This document shows, one piece after another, positions 45,211-53,296 of a stretch of DNA of 64,000 nucleotides. The notes beneath the pieces are model-generated. The model saw only the letters and a program-made list of their open reading frames with translations, made no database searches and was not told the DNA's origin. The DNA lies in contig DATFFM010000073.1 in NCBI GenBank assembly GCA_035250005.1, forward strand, positions 3,215 through 67,214. Reading direction: 5' to 3'. How positions within the stretch are numbered: the stretch's first letter is position 1; each line of letters starts with the position of its first letter. The translations under genes and the position numbers were made by a program. The DNA is from Vicinamibacterales bacterium. Its GTDB lineage: Bacteria > Acidobacteriota > Vicinamibacteria > Vicinamibacterales > 2-12-FULL-66-21.

Positions 45211-45834
45211 TCAGGCGCTGACGGTGCGCCGGCTGGTGAAGAGGGAGGGGGCCCGGTGGCGCACGGCCTGAAGAATGCGCACACCCGGGGTCGCGCCGGT
45301 TCCGACGGTGCTGGTCGGAAAGTAGAGCAGCGCGGCAACGCCGACCGACGAGAGAAAACCCGCGCCGAACACGCTCGTACCGAAGAGACCCAGGCCGGCG
45401 ATGCAGAGCAGATCCACCGCGGCCGCCACGGCACGGGGAGCGTAAATGACCCGGAAAGGCGAATTGGTATTCGCTGAGGGGCGCGGCTTGCGGCGCTCGC
45501 GGCCTGCCGGCAGCAGTTCCGCGTCGGTCCCCTCATGCCGATGGCCGATCAGCTCCGCCTGCGCCTCCACGATGCGGCCGCCGCGACGGTCGCCGATCGG
45601 GAACTGGCGGCAGAATTCGTTGACCACATCGTCGGCGTCGAGGCCGATGGCGCGTGCGTAGTCGCGGACGAAGGCGCGCGCGAAGATGCCGGATGGCCAC
45701 CGGGAAAAGTCGTTGTTCTCGAGACCGACCCAGAGGTCCTTGCTCACCTTCGTGTACGACGCAAGCTCGTCGAGGGTGATCCCTCGTTTCTCGCGCTCCT
45801 CACGGAGGCTGGGTCCGAAGTCTTCGCCGGCCAT
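45211..45834 (-). CDS. RodZ-like HTH domain protein with C-terminal membrane segment
   Basis: MAGEDFGPSLREEREKRGITLDELASYTKVSKDLWVGLENNDFSRWP (HTH_25-like), followed by hydrophobic AVAAAVDLLCIAGLGLFGTSVFGAGFL. ATG 45834 preferred over GTG 45888. Confidence 0.65.
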   Translation of the reverse strand: MAGEDFGPSLREEREKRGITLDELASYTKVSKDLWVGLENNDFSRWPSGIFARAFVRDYARAIGLDADDVVNEFCRQFPIGDRRGGRIVEAQAELIGHRHEGTDAELLPAGRERRKPRPSANTNSPFRVIYAPRAVAAAVDLLCIAGLGLFGTSVFGAGFLSSVGVAALLYFPTSTVGTGATPGVRILQAVRHRAPSLFTSRRTVSA

Positions 45835-45944
45835 CAGGATTTGGAGACTGAGCAAGTCCCGGGCCCGGGTGGGGGACCGGAATTCCACGGAATCCGGGAT
45901 TCATCGGCTCCATCCGCTTTCGGTTCTGTAATCCGCGCACCGAA

Positions 45945-47060
45945 ATGTCAGCAATCGCCGCGTCCTATACTGGCCGGGTGCGCACGCGGTGCCTCTCGTT
46001 TCATGCGGCATATCGCTGCCGGCACAGCGGCGAGTGCTGCCGGGCCGGCTGGGATATCGAGGTCGAGCCGGCGGTCGTCGAGGCGGTCCGCTCGGGGCGG
46101 GTCCGTCCGCAGCTCTCGACTCCGGTGCCGTTCGTGGCCGGCGCGGGCCCGGCCAGGCCGGGCGGGGAATCCCGTTTCGCGCTGGCTCGCACCACCTCCG
46201 GCGACTGCGGCTTTCATCATCACGCCCGCTGCTCCCTCCAGGAAGCCGGGACGGAGGCGCTGCTGCCGTCAGCCTGCCGGCACTTTCCACGCGTCTTCCT
46301 TCGAGACGCGCGCGGATGCCTGATGACTCTCAGTCATTTCTGTCCCACTGCCGCCTCCTTGCTGCTCGACGGGAGCGAAGTCAGCATCGTGGACGCTCGA
46401 CCGCCGCTCGCGCTCGAGGAACCGGTCGAGGGGCTGGACGCGCGGGGCGCCCTCCCGCCTCTCGTCCGGCCCGGCATGCTCGCCGACACCGCCGGGTACG
46501 CCGCGTGGGAGGAGGCGGTCGTGCAGACGTTCCTCAAACCGGCGGATGCGGAAACGGCGCTGGTTTCGATCGACCATGCGACCGAACGAGTGCGCGGCTG
46601 GACTCCGGCAGATGCGCCGCTGTCCGGCCTGGTGGCGGAGGCGTTTGCAGCTCCGCTGGCACCTGCAGGCCGTGCGCCGCTGTCACCAGCCTTCGCGATC
46701 GTGAGAGAGCTGACCGGTCCGCATCCTCTGATGGAGGTGCCGGCAGGGTTCGGTCGCGGATGGGACCGGATTCAGCGCGATGCCGGGGACGTGCTGCGGG
46801 GGCCGGTCGCCCGGTATCTGGCGGCCTGCGCATTCGGCAACTGGATCGCCTACCGGGGCCAGGGTCTGCGGACCGTGGCCGCCTGGCTGCGCGGCTGTCA
46901 CGACGTACTGCGGGTGCAGCTCGTTCGACATCTCCACGATAGGCGCGGCGGCATCGATGCGGCCGCGCTCGTCTATCCCATCCGGATGGCGGACTACATC
47001 ATGGTTCACACCGTGGATTCGCTGGCGTTCGGCCGCACAGCCATCGCCCTCGAGCGGTGA
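45945..47060 (+). CDS. Cys-cluster (CxxCxxCC-type) protein resembling FliB lysine-N-methylase / YkgJ family
   Basis: N-terminal FHAAYRCRHSGECCRAGWDIEVE matches the C-x-G-x-CC-x-GW-x-I-x-V pattern of FliB-like proteins. Further Cys residues occur at CGFHHHARC and CRHFP. 371 aa. Confidence 0.5.
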   Translation: MSAIAASYTGRVRTRCLSFHAAYRCRHSGECCRAGWDIEVEPAVVEAVRSGRVRPQLSTPVPFVAGAGPARPGGESRFALARTTSGDCGFHHHARCSLQEAGTEALLPSACRHFPRVFLRDARGCLMTLSHFCPTAASLLLDGSEVSIVDARPPLALEEPVEGLDARGALPPLVRPGMLADTAGYAAWEEAVVQTFLKPADAETALVSIDHATERVRGWTPADAPLSGLVAEAFAAPLAPAGRAPLSPAFAIVRELTGPHPLMEVPAGFGRGWDRIQRDAGDVLRGPVARYLAACAFGNWIAYRGQGLRTVAAWLRGCHDVLRVQLVRHLHDRRGGIDAAALVYPIRMADYIMVHTVDSLAFGRTAIALER

Positions 47061-47065
47061 GCCGA

Positions 47066-48310
47066 ATGAAGACCTCGGCTCTCGAGCGGTTCCTGCGGTA
47101 CGTCACGATCGACACCCGTGCTGACGATTCGTCCGCGGCGTCGCCCAGCACACCCGGGCAGCTCGTGCTGATGGAGCTGCTGGCGTCGGAACTGCGCGCG
47201 CTCGGCCTGGACGACGTCGTCGTGGACGGCCACGGCTATCTGATGGCCTCCGTGCCGGCGACGTCAGCGAATCCGGACGTCCCCGTCATCGGCTTCATCG
47301 CCCACGTCGACACGTCGCCGGAGATGAGCGGCGCCGGGGTGCGTCCGATCGTGCACCGGCACTACGACGGCCGCGACATCGTACTGCCGGATGACCCGTC
47401 GGCCGTTTTGCGGGCGAGCGAGGATCCGGCGCTCGCGGCGCGCATCGGCGACGACATCGTGACCGCGTCTGGCACGACGCTCCTGGGGGCGGATGACAAG
47501 GCGGGGGTCGCCGAAATCATGGCGGCGGTCGAGTATCTCGTCGCGCATCCCGAGCTCGCCCATGGCAAGGTACGGATCGCGTTTACCCCCGACGAGGAGA
47601 TCGGTCGCGGCGCGGACCACTTCGATGTCGAACGCTTCGGCGCGACCTGTGCCTATACGCTCGACGGCGGGAGCCGGGGCGAGCTCGAGCTCGAAAGCTT
47701 TTCGGCGGACCTGTTCACCGTCACCTTCAAGGGCTTCAACACGCATCCCGGCTACGCGAAGGGACGGATGGTGAATTCGATCCGGGTTGCCGCCGACTTC
47801 ATCGCCTCCCTGCCGCGCTGGGAAATGACGCCGGAGACGACCGCCGGCGACGAAGGCTACGTTCACCCGTACGATCTCAGAGCGAGCGTCGACGAAACGA
47901 CCGTGAAGGTCCTCATCCGGGATTTCATCACCGGCGAGCTGGGAACGAAGCGGGCGCTGCTCGAACACCTCGCGCGCGAGGCCGCGGCCGCGGTGCCGGG
48001 ATGCCGGGTCGAGACCACCCTCACCGCTCAGTACCGGAACATGCGAGAAGTCCTCGATCGCCATCCGGCGGTGATCGAGCGCGCTCGCGCCGCGATGCGG
48101 CGGGCGGGGATCGAGCCGGTCGAGAATCCGATTCGGGGAGGCACCGACGGATCCCGCCTCTCCTTCATGGGCCTGCCGACGCCGAACCTGTTTGCCGGGG
48201 AACACAACTTCCATTCGCGCCTCGAGTGGGTGTCGGGGCAGGACATGGACAAGGCCGTCGAAGTCATCGTCGAGCTCTGCCGGATGTGGGAGTTGACAGA
48301 TGACAACTAA
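47066..48310 (+). CDS. pepT: peptidase T (tripeptide aminopeptidase, M20B)
   Basis: MKTSALERFLRYVTIDT, IGFIAHVDTSPE, LGADDKAGVAEIM, FTPDEEIGRGA, GGTDGS. ATG 47066 preferred over the overlapping GTG 47057. Confidence 0.9.
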   Translation: MKTSALERFLRYVTIDTRADDSSAASPSTPGQLVLMELLASELRALGLDDVVVDGHGYLMASVPATSANPDVPVIGFIAHVDTSPEMSGAGVRPIVHRHYDGRDIVLPDDPSAVLRASEDPALAARIGDDIVTASGTTLLGADDKAGVAEIMAAVEYLVAHPELAHGKVRIAFTPDEEIGRGADHFDVERFGATCAYTLDGGSRGELELESFSADLFTVTFKGFNTHPGYAKGRMVNSIRVAADFIASLPRWEMTPETTAGDEGYVHPYDLRASVDETTVKVLIRDFITGELGTKRALLEHLAREAAAAVPGCRVETTLTAQYRNMREVLDRHPAVIERARAAMRRAGIEPVENPIRGGTDGSRLSFMGLPTPNLFAGEHNFHSRLEWVSGQDMDKAVEVIVELCRMWELTDDN

Positions 48311-48325
48311 TAAATTAGTACTAAT
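48293..48325 (+). promoter_or_regulatory. candidate promoter and AT-rich palindromic operator upstream of blaI-like gene
   Basis: TTGACA (48293-48298) - 17 nt - TAGTAC (48316-48321). Perfect palindrome ACTAATaaATTAGT (48306-48319) plus a third ACTAAT half-site (48320-48325). Only 7 nt and no SD before ATG 48329. Confidence 0.5.
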
Positions 48326-48328
48326 GCC

Positions 48329-48706
48329 ATGCGACGCCCCCACCCGACCCTGACCCCGCAGGAACTGGCGATCATGAAGGTCATCTGGCGGCTCGAGAGC
48401 GCCACCGTACGGGACGTGTACGAGGCGCTTCGCGCCGAGCGCACGATCGCCTACACGACGGTGATGACGATGATGCGGATCCTGGAAGAGAAGGGCTATC
48501 TCCTCAAGGCGTCGGCCGACCGGGCCCACGTCTACACGCCGGCGAAACCGCGGCAGCAGGTCATGGGCGCCATGGTCCGCGACTTCGTCGACCGCGTGTT
48601 CGACGGCGCGCCGAATTCTCTGCTGCTCCACCTCGCCAGAGACAACAAGCTCACGCAGAAGCAGCGTCGGATCGTCCAGAAGCTCGTCGAAGACATCGAG
48701 GAGTGA
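48329..48706 (+). CDS. BlaI/MecI/CopY-family transcriptional repressor
   Basis: 125 aa. LTPQELAIMKVIWRLESATVRDVYEAL...IAYTTVMTMMRILEEKGYL winged helix. Confidence 0.9.
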   Translation: MRRPHPTLTPQELAIMKVIWRLESATVRDVYEALRAERTIAYTTVMTMMRILEEKGYLLKASADRAHVYTPAKPRQQVMGAMVRDFVDRVFDGAPNSLLLHLARDNKLTQKQRRIVQKLVEDIEE

Positions 48707-48708
48707 TC

Positions 48709-50763
48709 ATGGAACTACTGACCCCTGGCAACATCGCCGCTTACAGTGCCCAGGTCCTCTCGATCGTCGCGCTCGCCAGCGTGATGTGGTGGCTGCTGCG
48801 CATCGACGTCGCGCCGGTGAGATATGGCTACTGGCGTGTGATCCTGCTCGTGTGCCTCCTGCTGCCCCTGCTTCAGGGCCGGCAGATGCCCTCGGCCCCG
48901 GAGACAGAGTCCGTCGCTCGAGCAGAAACGGAGATTGGCGTTGCCGCCATCGAGGCAGCCGCCGTCGCCGCTCGCCTCGACTGGACGTCGATGATCCTGC
49001 CGCTTCTGGCCGCCGGCGCAGGTGCGCGGTTTCTGTGGATCGCCTTCAGCCTGATCCGGCTCCGACGTCTCCGCCGCGCCGGCCATCGCGCTCCCGAGTC
49101 GGAGATCCACGCCGAGCTGCGGGGCCTCATCGGCACCCGGTGCGAGATCCGTTACGTGGCGCGGCTCCGCCAGCCGGTGACCTTCGGCTTCTGGCATCCG
49201 GTCATCCTCCTGCCCGCCGGCCTCGCGAACCGCAGCTCGGACATCCAGCGCGCCGTCCTCAGCCACGAGCTCTTTCATGTGAAGCGGCGCGACTGGGGCT
49301 GGCTCGTCGCGGAGGAGCTCGTCTGCGCCCTGCTCTGGTTCAATCCCGCCGTGTGGTGGGTGGTCTCGCGCGTACAGCTGGCGCGCGAGGTCGTCGTCGA
49401 CGAACTGGCGGTGCTCGCGACCGGGCGGCGGCGCGCCTACGTCGAGGCGCTGATGACGTTCGCCGACCAGACATCCCTCGCGCCGGTTGCCGCCTTCGGC
49501 AGCCGTCGTCAGTTGTTCAACCGGATCGTGTCGCTCTCAAAGGAGGCGGTGATGTCTTCGCATCGGCTCGTATTCACCTGCGGCGTGATGGCGGCGGCCC
49601 TGGCAGCGGGCAGCTGGCAGGCGGTCAGCGCGTTTCCGTTGACTGCCGCCCCTCAAGTGCAGGTGGTCCGGCAGAACACCCCGGGGCCGCTCGAGCAGCG
49701 GGCGAAGCCGGTGACGCCCGAGAATCCCGTGCCTCGCCGGGTCAACTACGAGGCGCCGATGTACCCGTTCGAAGCCCAGGCCGCGGGTGCGACTGGCACC
49801 GTGACGCTGATGATCACCCTCGACGAGCTGGGACGGGTGGCTGAAGCGAGGCGGATCCGGCTTTCGCTGTCGTCGACGAACCCTCAGGTGAGACTGACGT
49901 TCAGCGGCAGCAATCCGGAAGACGAACAGCGCTTCGTAGTGAACCGGAGCCCCCAGCAATCGGATGCCGTGCGGGCCATTGCCGAAGCCTTCACCGACGC
50001 CGCCGTGCGCGCCGTTCAACAGTGGCGGTACGACCCGCCCGCCGCCGGGCCGATTTCGTTTCCGGTTGCGATCAACTTCTCCGGTGACGGAGACCGGACC
50101 ACGGCCATCCAGGGCACGGCGGCCAGAAGCGCCGACACCAACTCGACCTGGACCGAGGGGGCGCTTCGCATCGGCGGCAACATCAAGACGCCGAAGAAGC
50201 TCCGCGACGTCCGCCCGGTCTATCCCCCTATCGCACAGGCAGCGAACGTCAGCGGGGTAGTGATCATCGAGGTTCGTGTCGGCCCGGAAGGCTTTGTCGA
50301 AGATGCGCGCGTCCTGCGGTCCGTCCCCCTCCTCGATCAGGCCGCGCTCGACGCCGTCCTGCAGTGGCGTTTCGCGCCGACGCTGCTGAATGGCAGCCCG
50401 GTGCCGGTGATCATGACGGTGACGGTCAATTTCACCCTGCAGTCCGACGACGCCGTGCGCGTCAGCCCGGATCCGCCAGTCGTGAAGGTGGCCGCTGGGA
50501 CGCTGCAGGGGCGCCGTGGGCCGACGTTGATCAAGCACGTCCACCCCAGCTACACGAGCGAAGCAATGAGAGCGGGCATCCAGGGCATCGTCGAAGTCGA
50601 AGCCACGATCGGGACGGAGGGGAAGGTCGTGGACGCACGTGTAATCCGCGGCCTGCCGATGCTCGACGAATCCGCGCTCGCGACGGTCCGCCAATGGGAG
50701 TTCACGCGGCCGGCGGAACCGGTCAGGGTAACCATCGAGCTCGCGTTTTCGCTGCGACGGTAG
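48709..50763 (+). CDS. BlaR1-like M56 metallopeptidase sensor fused to three TonB C-terminal domains
   Basis: GAGGAG lies 5 nt before ATG 48709. TM helices plus HELFHVKRRDW (HExxH). Three TonB_C-like units: YPFEAQAAGATGTVTLMITLD..., VYPPIAQAANVSGVVIIEVRVGPEGFVEDARVLRSVPLLDQAALDAVLQWRF..., YTSEAMRAGIQGIVEVEATIGTEGKVVDARVIRGLPMLDESALATVRQWEF. Confidence 0.85.
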   Translation: MELLTPGNIAAYSAQVLSIVALASVMWWLLRIDVAPVRYGYWRVILLVCLLLPLLQGRQMPSAPETESVARAETEIGVAAIEAAAVAARLDWTSMILPLLAAGAGARFLWIAFSLIRLRRLRRAGHRAPESEIHAELRGLIGTRCEIRYVARLRQPVTFGFWHPVILLPAGLANRSSDIQRAVLSHELFHVKRRDWGWLVAEELVCALLWFNPAVWWVVSRVQLAREVVVDELAVLATGRRRAYVEALMTFADQTSLAPVAAFGSRRQLFNRIVSLSKEAVMSSHRLVFTCGVMAAALAAGSWQAVSAFPLTAAPQVQVVRQNTPGPLEQRAKPVTPENPVPRRVNYEAPMYPFEAQAAGATGTVTLMITLDELGRVAEARRIRLSLSSTNPQVRLTFSGSNPEDEQRFVVNRSPQQSDAVRAIAEAFTDAAVRAVQQWRYDPPAAGPISFPVAINFSGDGDRTTAIQGTAARSADTNSTWTEGALRIGGNIKTPKKLRDVRPVYPPIAQAANVSGVVIIEVRVGPEGFVEDARVLRSVPLLDQAALDAVLQWRFAPTLLNGSPVPVIMTVTVNFTLQSDDAVRVSPDPPVVKVAAGTLQGRRGPTLIKHVHPSYTSEAMRAGIQGIVEVEATIGTEGKVVDARVIRGLPMLDESALATVRQWEFTRPAEPVRVTIELAFSLRR

Positions 50764-50768
50764 TGGGA

Positions 50769-51512
50769 CTACAGCCCAAACTCCGCCACCACCGGGCCGT
50801 GGTCGCTCGTGCCGACGTCGCGCTGGACCTTGCAGCTCTCGATGCGCGCGTAGAGTGACTCGGCGGCGAGCACGTAGTCGAGCCGCCAGCCGATGTTCCG
50901 CTCGCGCATGTTGCGCCACGGCGCCCACCACGTGAACATCTGGTCGTTGTCGGGTTCGAGCGCGCGGCCAACGTCGACGAGGCCATGGCCGATGATCCGT
51001 TCGAGCTGGGCCCGCTCTTCCGGGAGCTGACCGATCGCGCGCGGCTTGCGCTCCTTGGGGTGTACGTCCATCTCGGTCCGCGCGATGTTCAGGTCCCCGC
51101 AGATGACGAGCGGCGCGCCGCGGGCGTCGGCGGCGAACTGTTCGAGAGCCGACAGAAAACGCATCTTCGCCGGGAAATCCTTTCCGCCGTTCGGCACGTA
51201 GACCGACGCAATCGTGGCAGGCGGCAGGCGGACGAGTACGATCCGGTGCTCATAATCGAAGGCCGGATGCTCGAACGGCGGACGCTCCGGCGACAGGGCC
51301 TTGCTCACATGCAGCCCCACGCCCGAATACCCTTTCGTGCCGTGCCAGTAACACCAGTAGCCTTCGATCTCGCACAGCCACACCGGTAACTGCTCGAGAG
51401 ATGCCTTGATCTCCTGCAGGCAGACGACATCCGGCCGCTCGGCATCGATCCACTCCTGCAGCTGGGTCTGCCGCGCCCGGATCCCGTTTACGTTCCAGGT
51501 CCCGATCTTCAT
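50769..51512 (-). CDS. xth: exodeoxyribonuclease III
   Basis: MKIGTWNVNGIRAR...DVVCLQEIK...GDLNIA...SDHGPV hallmark motifs. 247 aa. Confidence 0.9.
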   Translation of the reverse strand: MKIGTWNVNGIRARQTQLQEWIDAERPDVVCLQEIKASLEQLPVWLCEIEGYWCYWHGTKGYSGVGLHVSKALSPERPPFEHPAFDYEHRIVLVRLPPATIASVYVPNGGKDFPAKMRFLSALEQFAADARGAPLVICGDLNIARTEMDVHPKERKPRAIGQLPEERAQLERIIGHGLVDVGRALEPDNDQMFTWWAPWRNMRERNIGWRLDYVLAAESLYARIESCKVQRDVGTSDHGPVVAEFGL

Positions 51513-51582
51513 CGCTGAGCTTTCCCTACGGCACCGCTCTTGCCATTACCCGGACATAGCGAAAGTGTGAGGAGATCCGTAG

Positions 51583-52143
51583 ATGAAAACATTCTTCAAA
51601 ATGTCCTTTCTTGCAATCGCCGTGGCCTTTTTGCCGGCCATGGCAGAGGCGCAGGGGCGCACGCCCAGGACCGACTCGGCAGCGGTCGGCGGGGATGTGG
51701 GCATCTTTCGTCCCAGCGAGGATGCCCTCGACCCAGCGCTCAGCCTCGATGGCTTCTACGAGTATTACCTCTCGCCGCGGACGAGCGTGCGGCTCGGGGT
51801 TGGCTGGACGAATCCGGAGTTCGACTCCGATCCCGAGGAGTCTCTCCGATACGTCCGCGTCGGCGGCGATCTCATTTACAACTGGGAAGGCGGCGCCATC
51901 CATCCATTTGCCGGAGCCGGTCTCGGGCTCTACATCCTCCAGCCCAGGGAGAACGGCAACGACATCGCCGATTCGGAATCGAAGCTGGGAGGCGTGCTGC
52001 TCGGAGGCGTCGAGCTCTTCACGAGCAACACCGTATCGGTGAAGGGTGAAGTGAGCTATCACCTGATCTCGAACGTAGACAACTTCGGGCCGCGCAATCC
52101 CGACGGCTTGAAGCTCACGATCGGTTTGAAGAAGTACTTCTGA
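51583..52143 (+). CDS. small outer-membrane beta-barrel protein (OmpW/OmpA-like porin family)
   Basis: Signal MKTFFKMSFLAIAVAFLPAMAEAQ, alternating beta-strand pattern, C-terminal ...LKLTIGLKKYF (terminal Phe). SD GAGGAG upstream. Confidence 0.75.
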   Translation: MKTFFKMSFLAIAVAFLPAMAEAQGRTPRTDSAAVGGDVGIFRPSEDALDPALSLDGFYEYYLSPRTSVRLGVGWTNPEFDSDPEESLRYVRVGGDLIYNWEGGAIHPFAGAGLGLYILQPRENGNDIADSESKLGGVLLGGVELFTSNTVSVKGEVSYHLISNVDNFGPRNPDGLKLTIGLKKYF

Positions 52144-52189
52144 CGATCCCGGTGGGCTCGAGCCGCTTCACACACTGATAGGCAGCTCC

Positions 52190-53296
52190 ATGTCGCTCGA
52201 GTCCACCCTCCTCTGGACGCTGATTGGCGCCGCCGGCGTGGTCGCCGGGAGCTATCTGCTGTACGGCTTGTGGCAGGCGGTGGGCTCCTGGCGCATCCGG
52301 CGCGCCGGCCCGAGACCGCTCACCTCGGTCGAGCACGTGTTGTGGCGGGACCCCGGCGAGGTCGGCCGTCTCGATCTCGCCGACGGCCCTGGCGGCGCCG
52401 CGGGACGGCCGGCCCCCCCGTTCCGGTTTCTCGAGGAACACCTCGGCGGCTCACAGCCGTGCCTCTCTGTCATCGACGGCCGCGGCCGGCGGTGGCGCGT
52501 CAAGTGGGGCAACGAGGTGAACTCCGAGACGTTCGCGGTCCGCATCGCGTGGGCATGCGGGTATTTCGCCGAAACGACCTACTTCCTGGCCGAGGGCAAG
52601 ATCGACGGTGCGACCGGCCTCCAGCGCGCCCTCTCGTGCGTCGACGCCCAGGGCCGGTTCGAATCCGCCCGGTTCGAACTCGACGACGCTTCGGTGAAGA
52701 AGCTGTTCGAGGAACACAGCTGGGCCTGGAACGACAACCCGTTTCTCGGTTCTCCCGAGCTGCAGGGGCTCAAAATCGTCAACATGCTGCTCTCGAACTG
52801 GGACACGAAAGACCGCCGCGACGTCGCGCGCGGCTCGAACACCGCCATCTTCGAGCACGCAACCCCGCACGGGCGCGAAGCGCGCTATCTGATCACCGAC
52901 TGGGGAGGATCGATGGGCAGCTGGGGGGCCAACATCATCACGCGCGGCCGCTGGAACGCCGCTGCGTTTGCCGCGCAGACGCCGCAATTCGTCGGTTCGG
53001 CCGACGACGGCGTCGTGAGGTTCGGCTACATCGGCCAGCGCACCGAGGACCTCGCGTCCGGGATCACGCCGCGCGATGTGCGCTGGCTGTGCCGATACCT
53101 GCGGCAGATCTCCGACGATCAGCTCGACGCCGCGCTGCAGGCGAGCGGCGCCACCGGGCCGGAGCGCGAACAGTTCAGGGCATCGCTCCGGAACCGCATC
53201 AACCAGCTGCTGGGCGTGAGCGCCCCGTCGGCGTCGCGTGCCAGGGATCCTCGGGCCACGGATGCTTCGGATATCTCCGCTGCAGCTCCTTTCTGA
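52190..53296 (+). CDS. hypothetical membrane-anchored protein, possibly kinase-like fold
   Basis: 368 aa with an N-terminal TM helix. Conserved-looking blocks RRWRVKWGNEVNSETFAVRIAWACGYF and IVNMLLSNWDTKDRRD...YLITDWGGSMG. No family recognised with confidence. Confidence 0.55.
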   Translation: MSLESTLLWTLIGAAGVVAGSYLLYGLWQAVGSWRIRRAGPRPLTSVEHVLWRDPGEVGRLDLADGPGGAAGRPAPPFRFLEEHLGGSQPCLSVIDGRGRRWRVKWGNEVNSETFAVRIAWACGYFAETTYFLAEGKIDGATGLQRALSCVDAQGRFESARFELDDASVKKLFEEHSWAWNDNPFLGSPELQGLKIVNMLLSNWDTKDRRDVARGSNTAIFEHATPHGREARYLITDWGGSMGSWGANIITRGRWNAAAFAAQTPQFVGSADDGVVRFGYIGQRTEDLASGITPRDVRWLCRYLRQISDDQLDAALQASGATGPEREQFRASLRNRINQLLGVSAPSASRARDPRATDASDISAAAPF

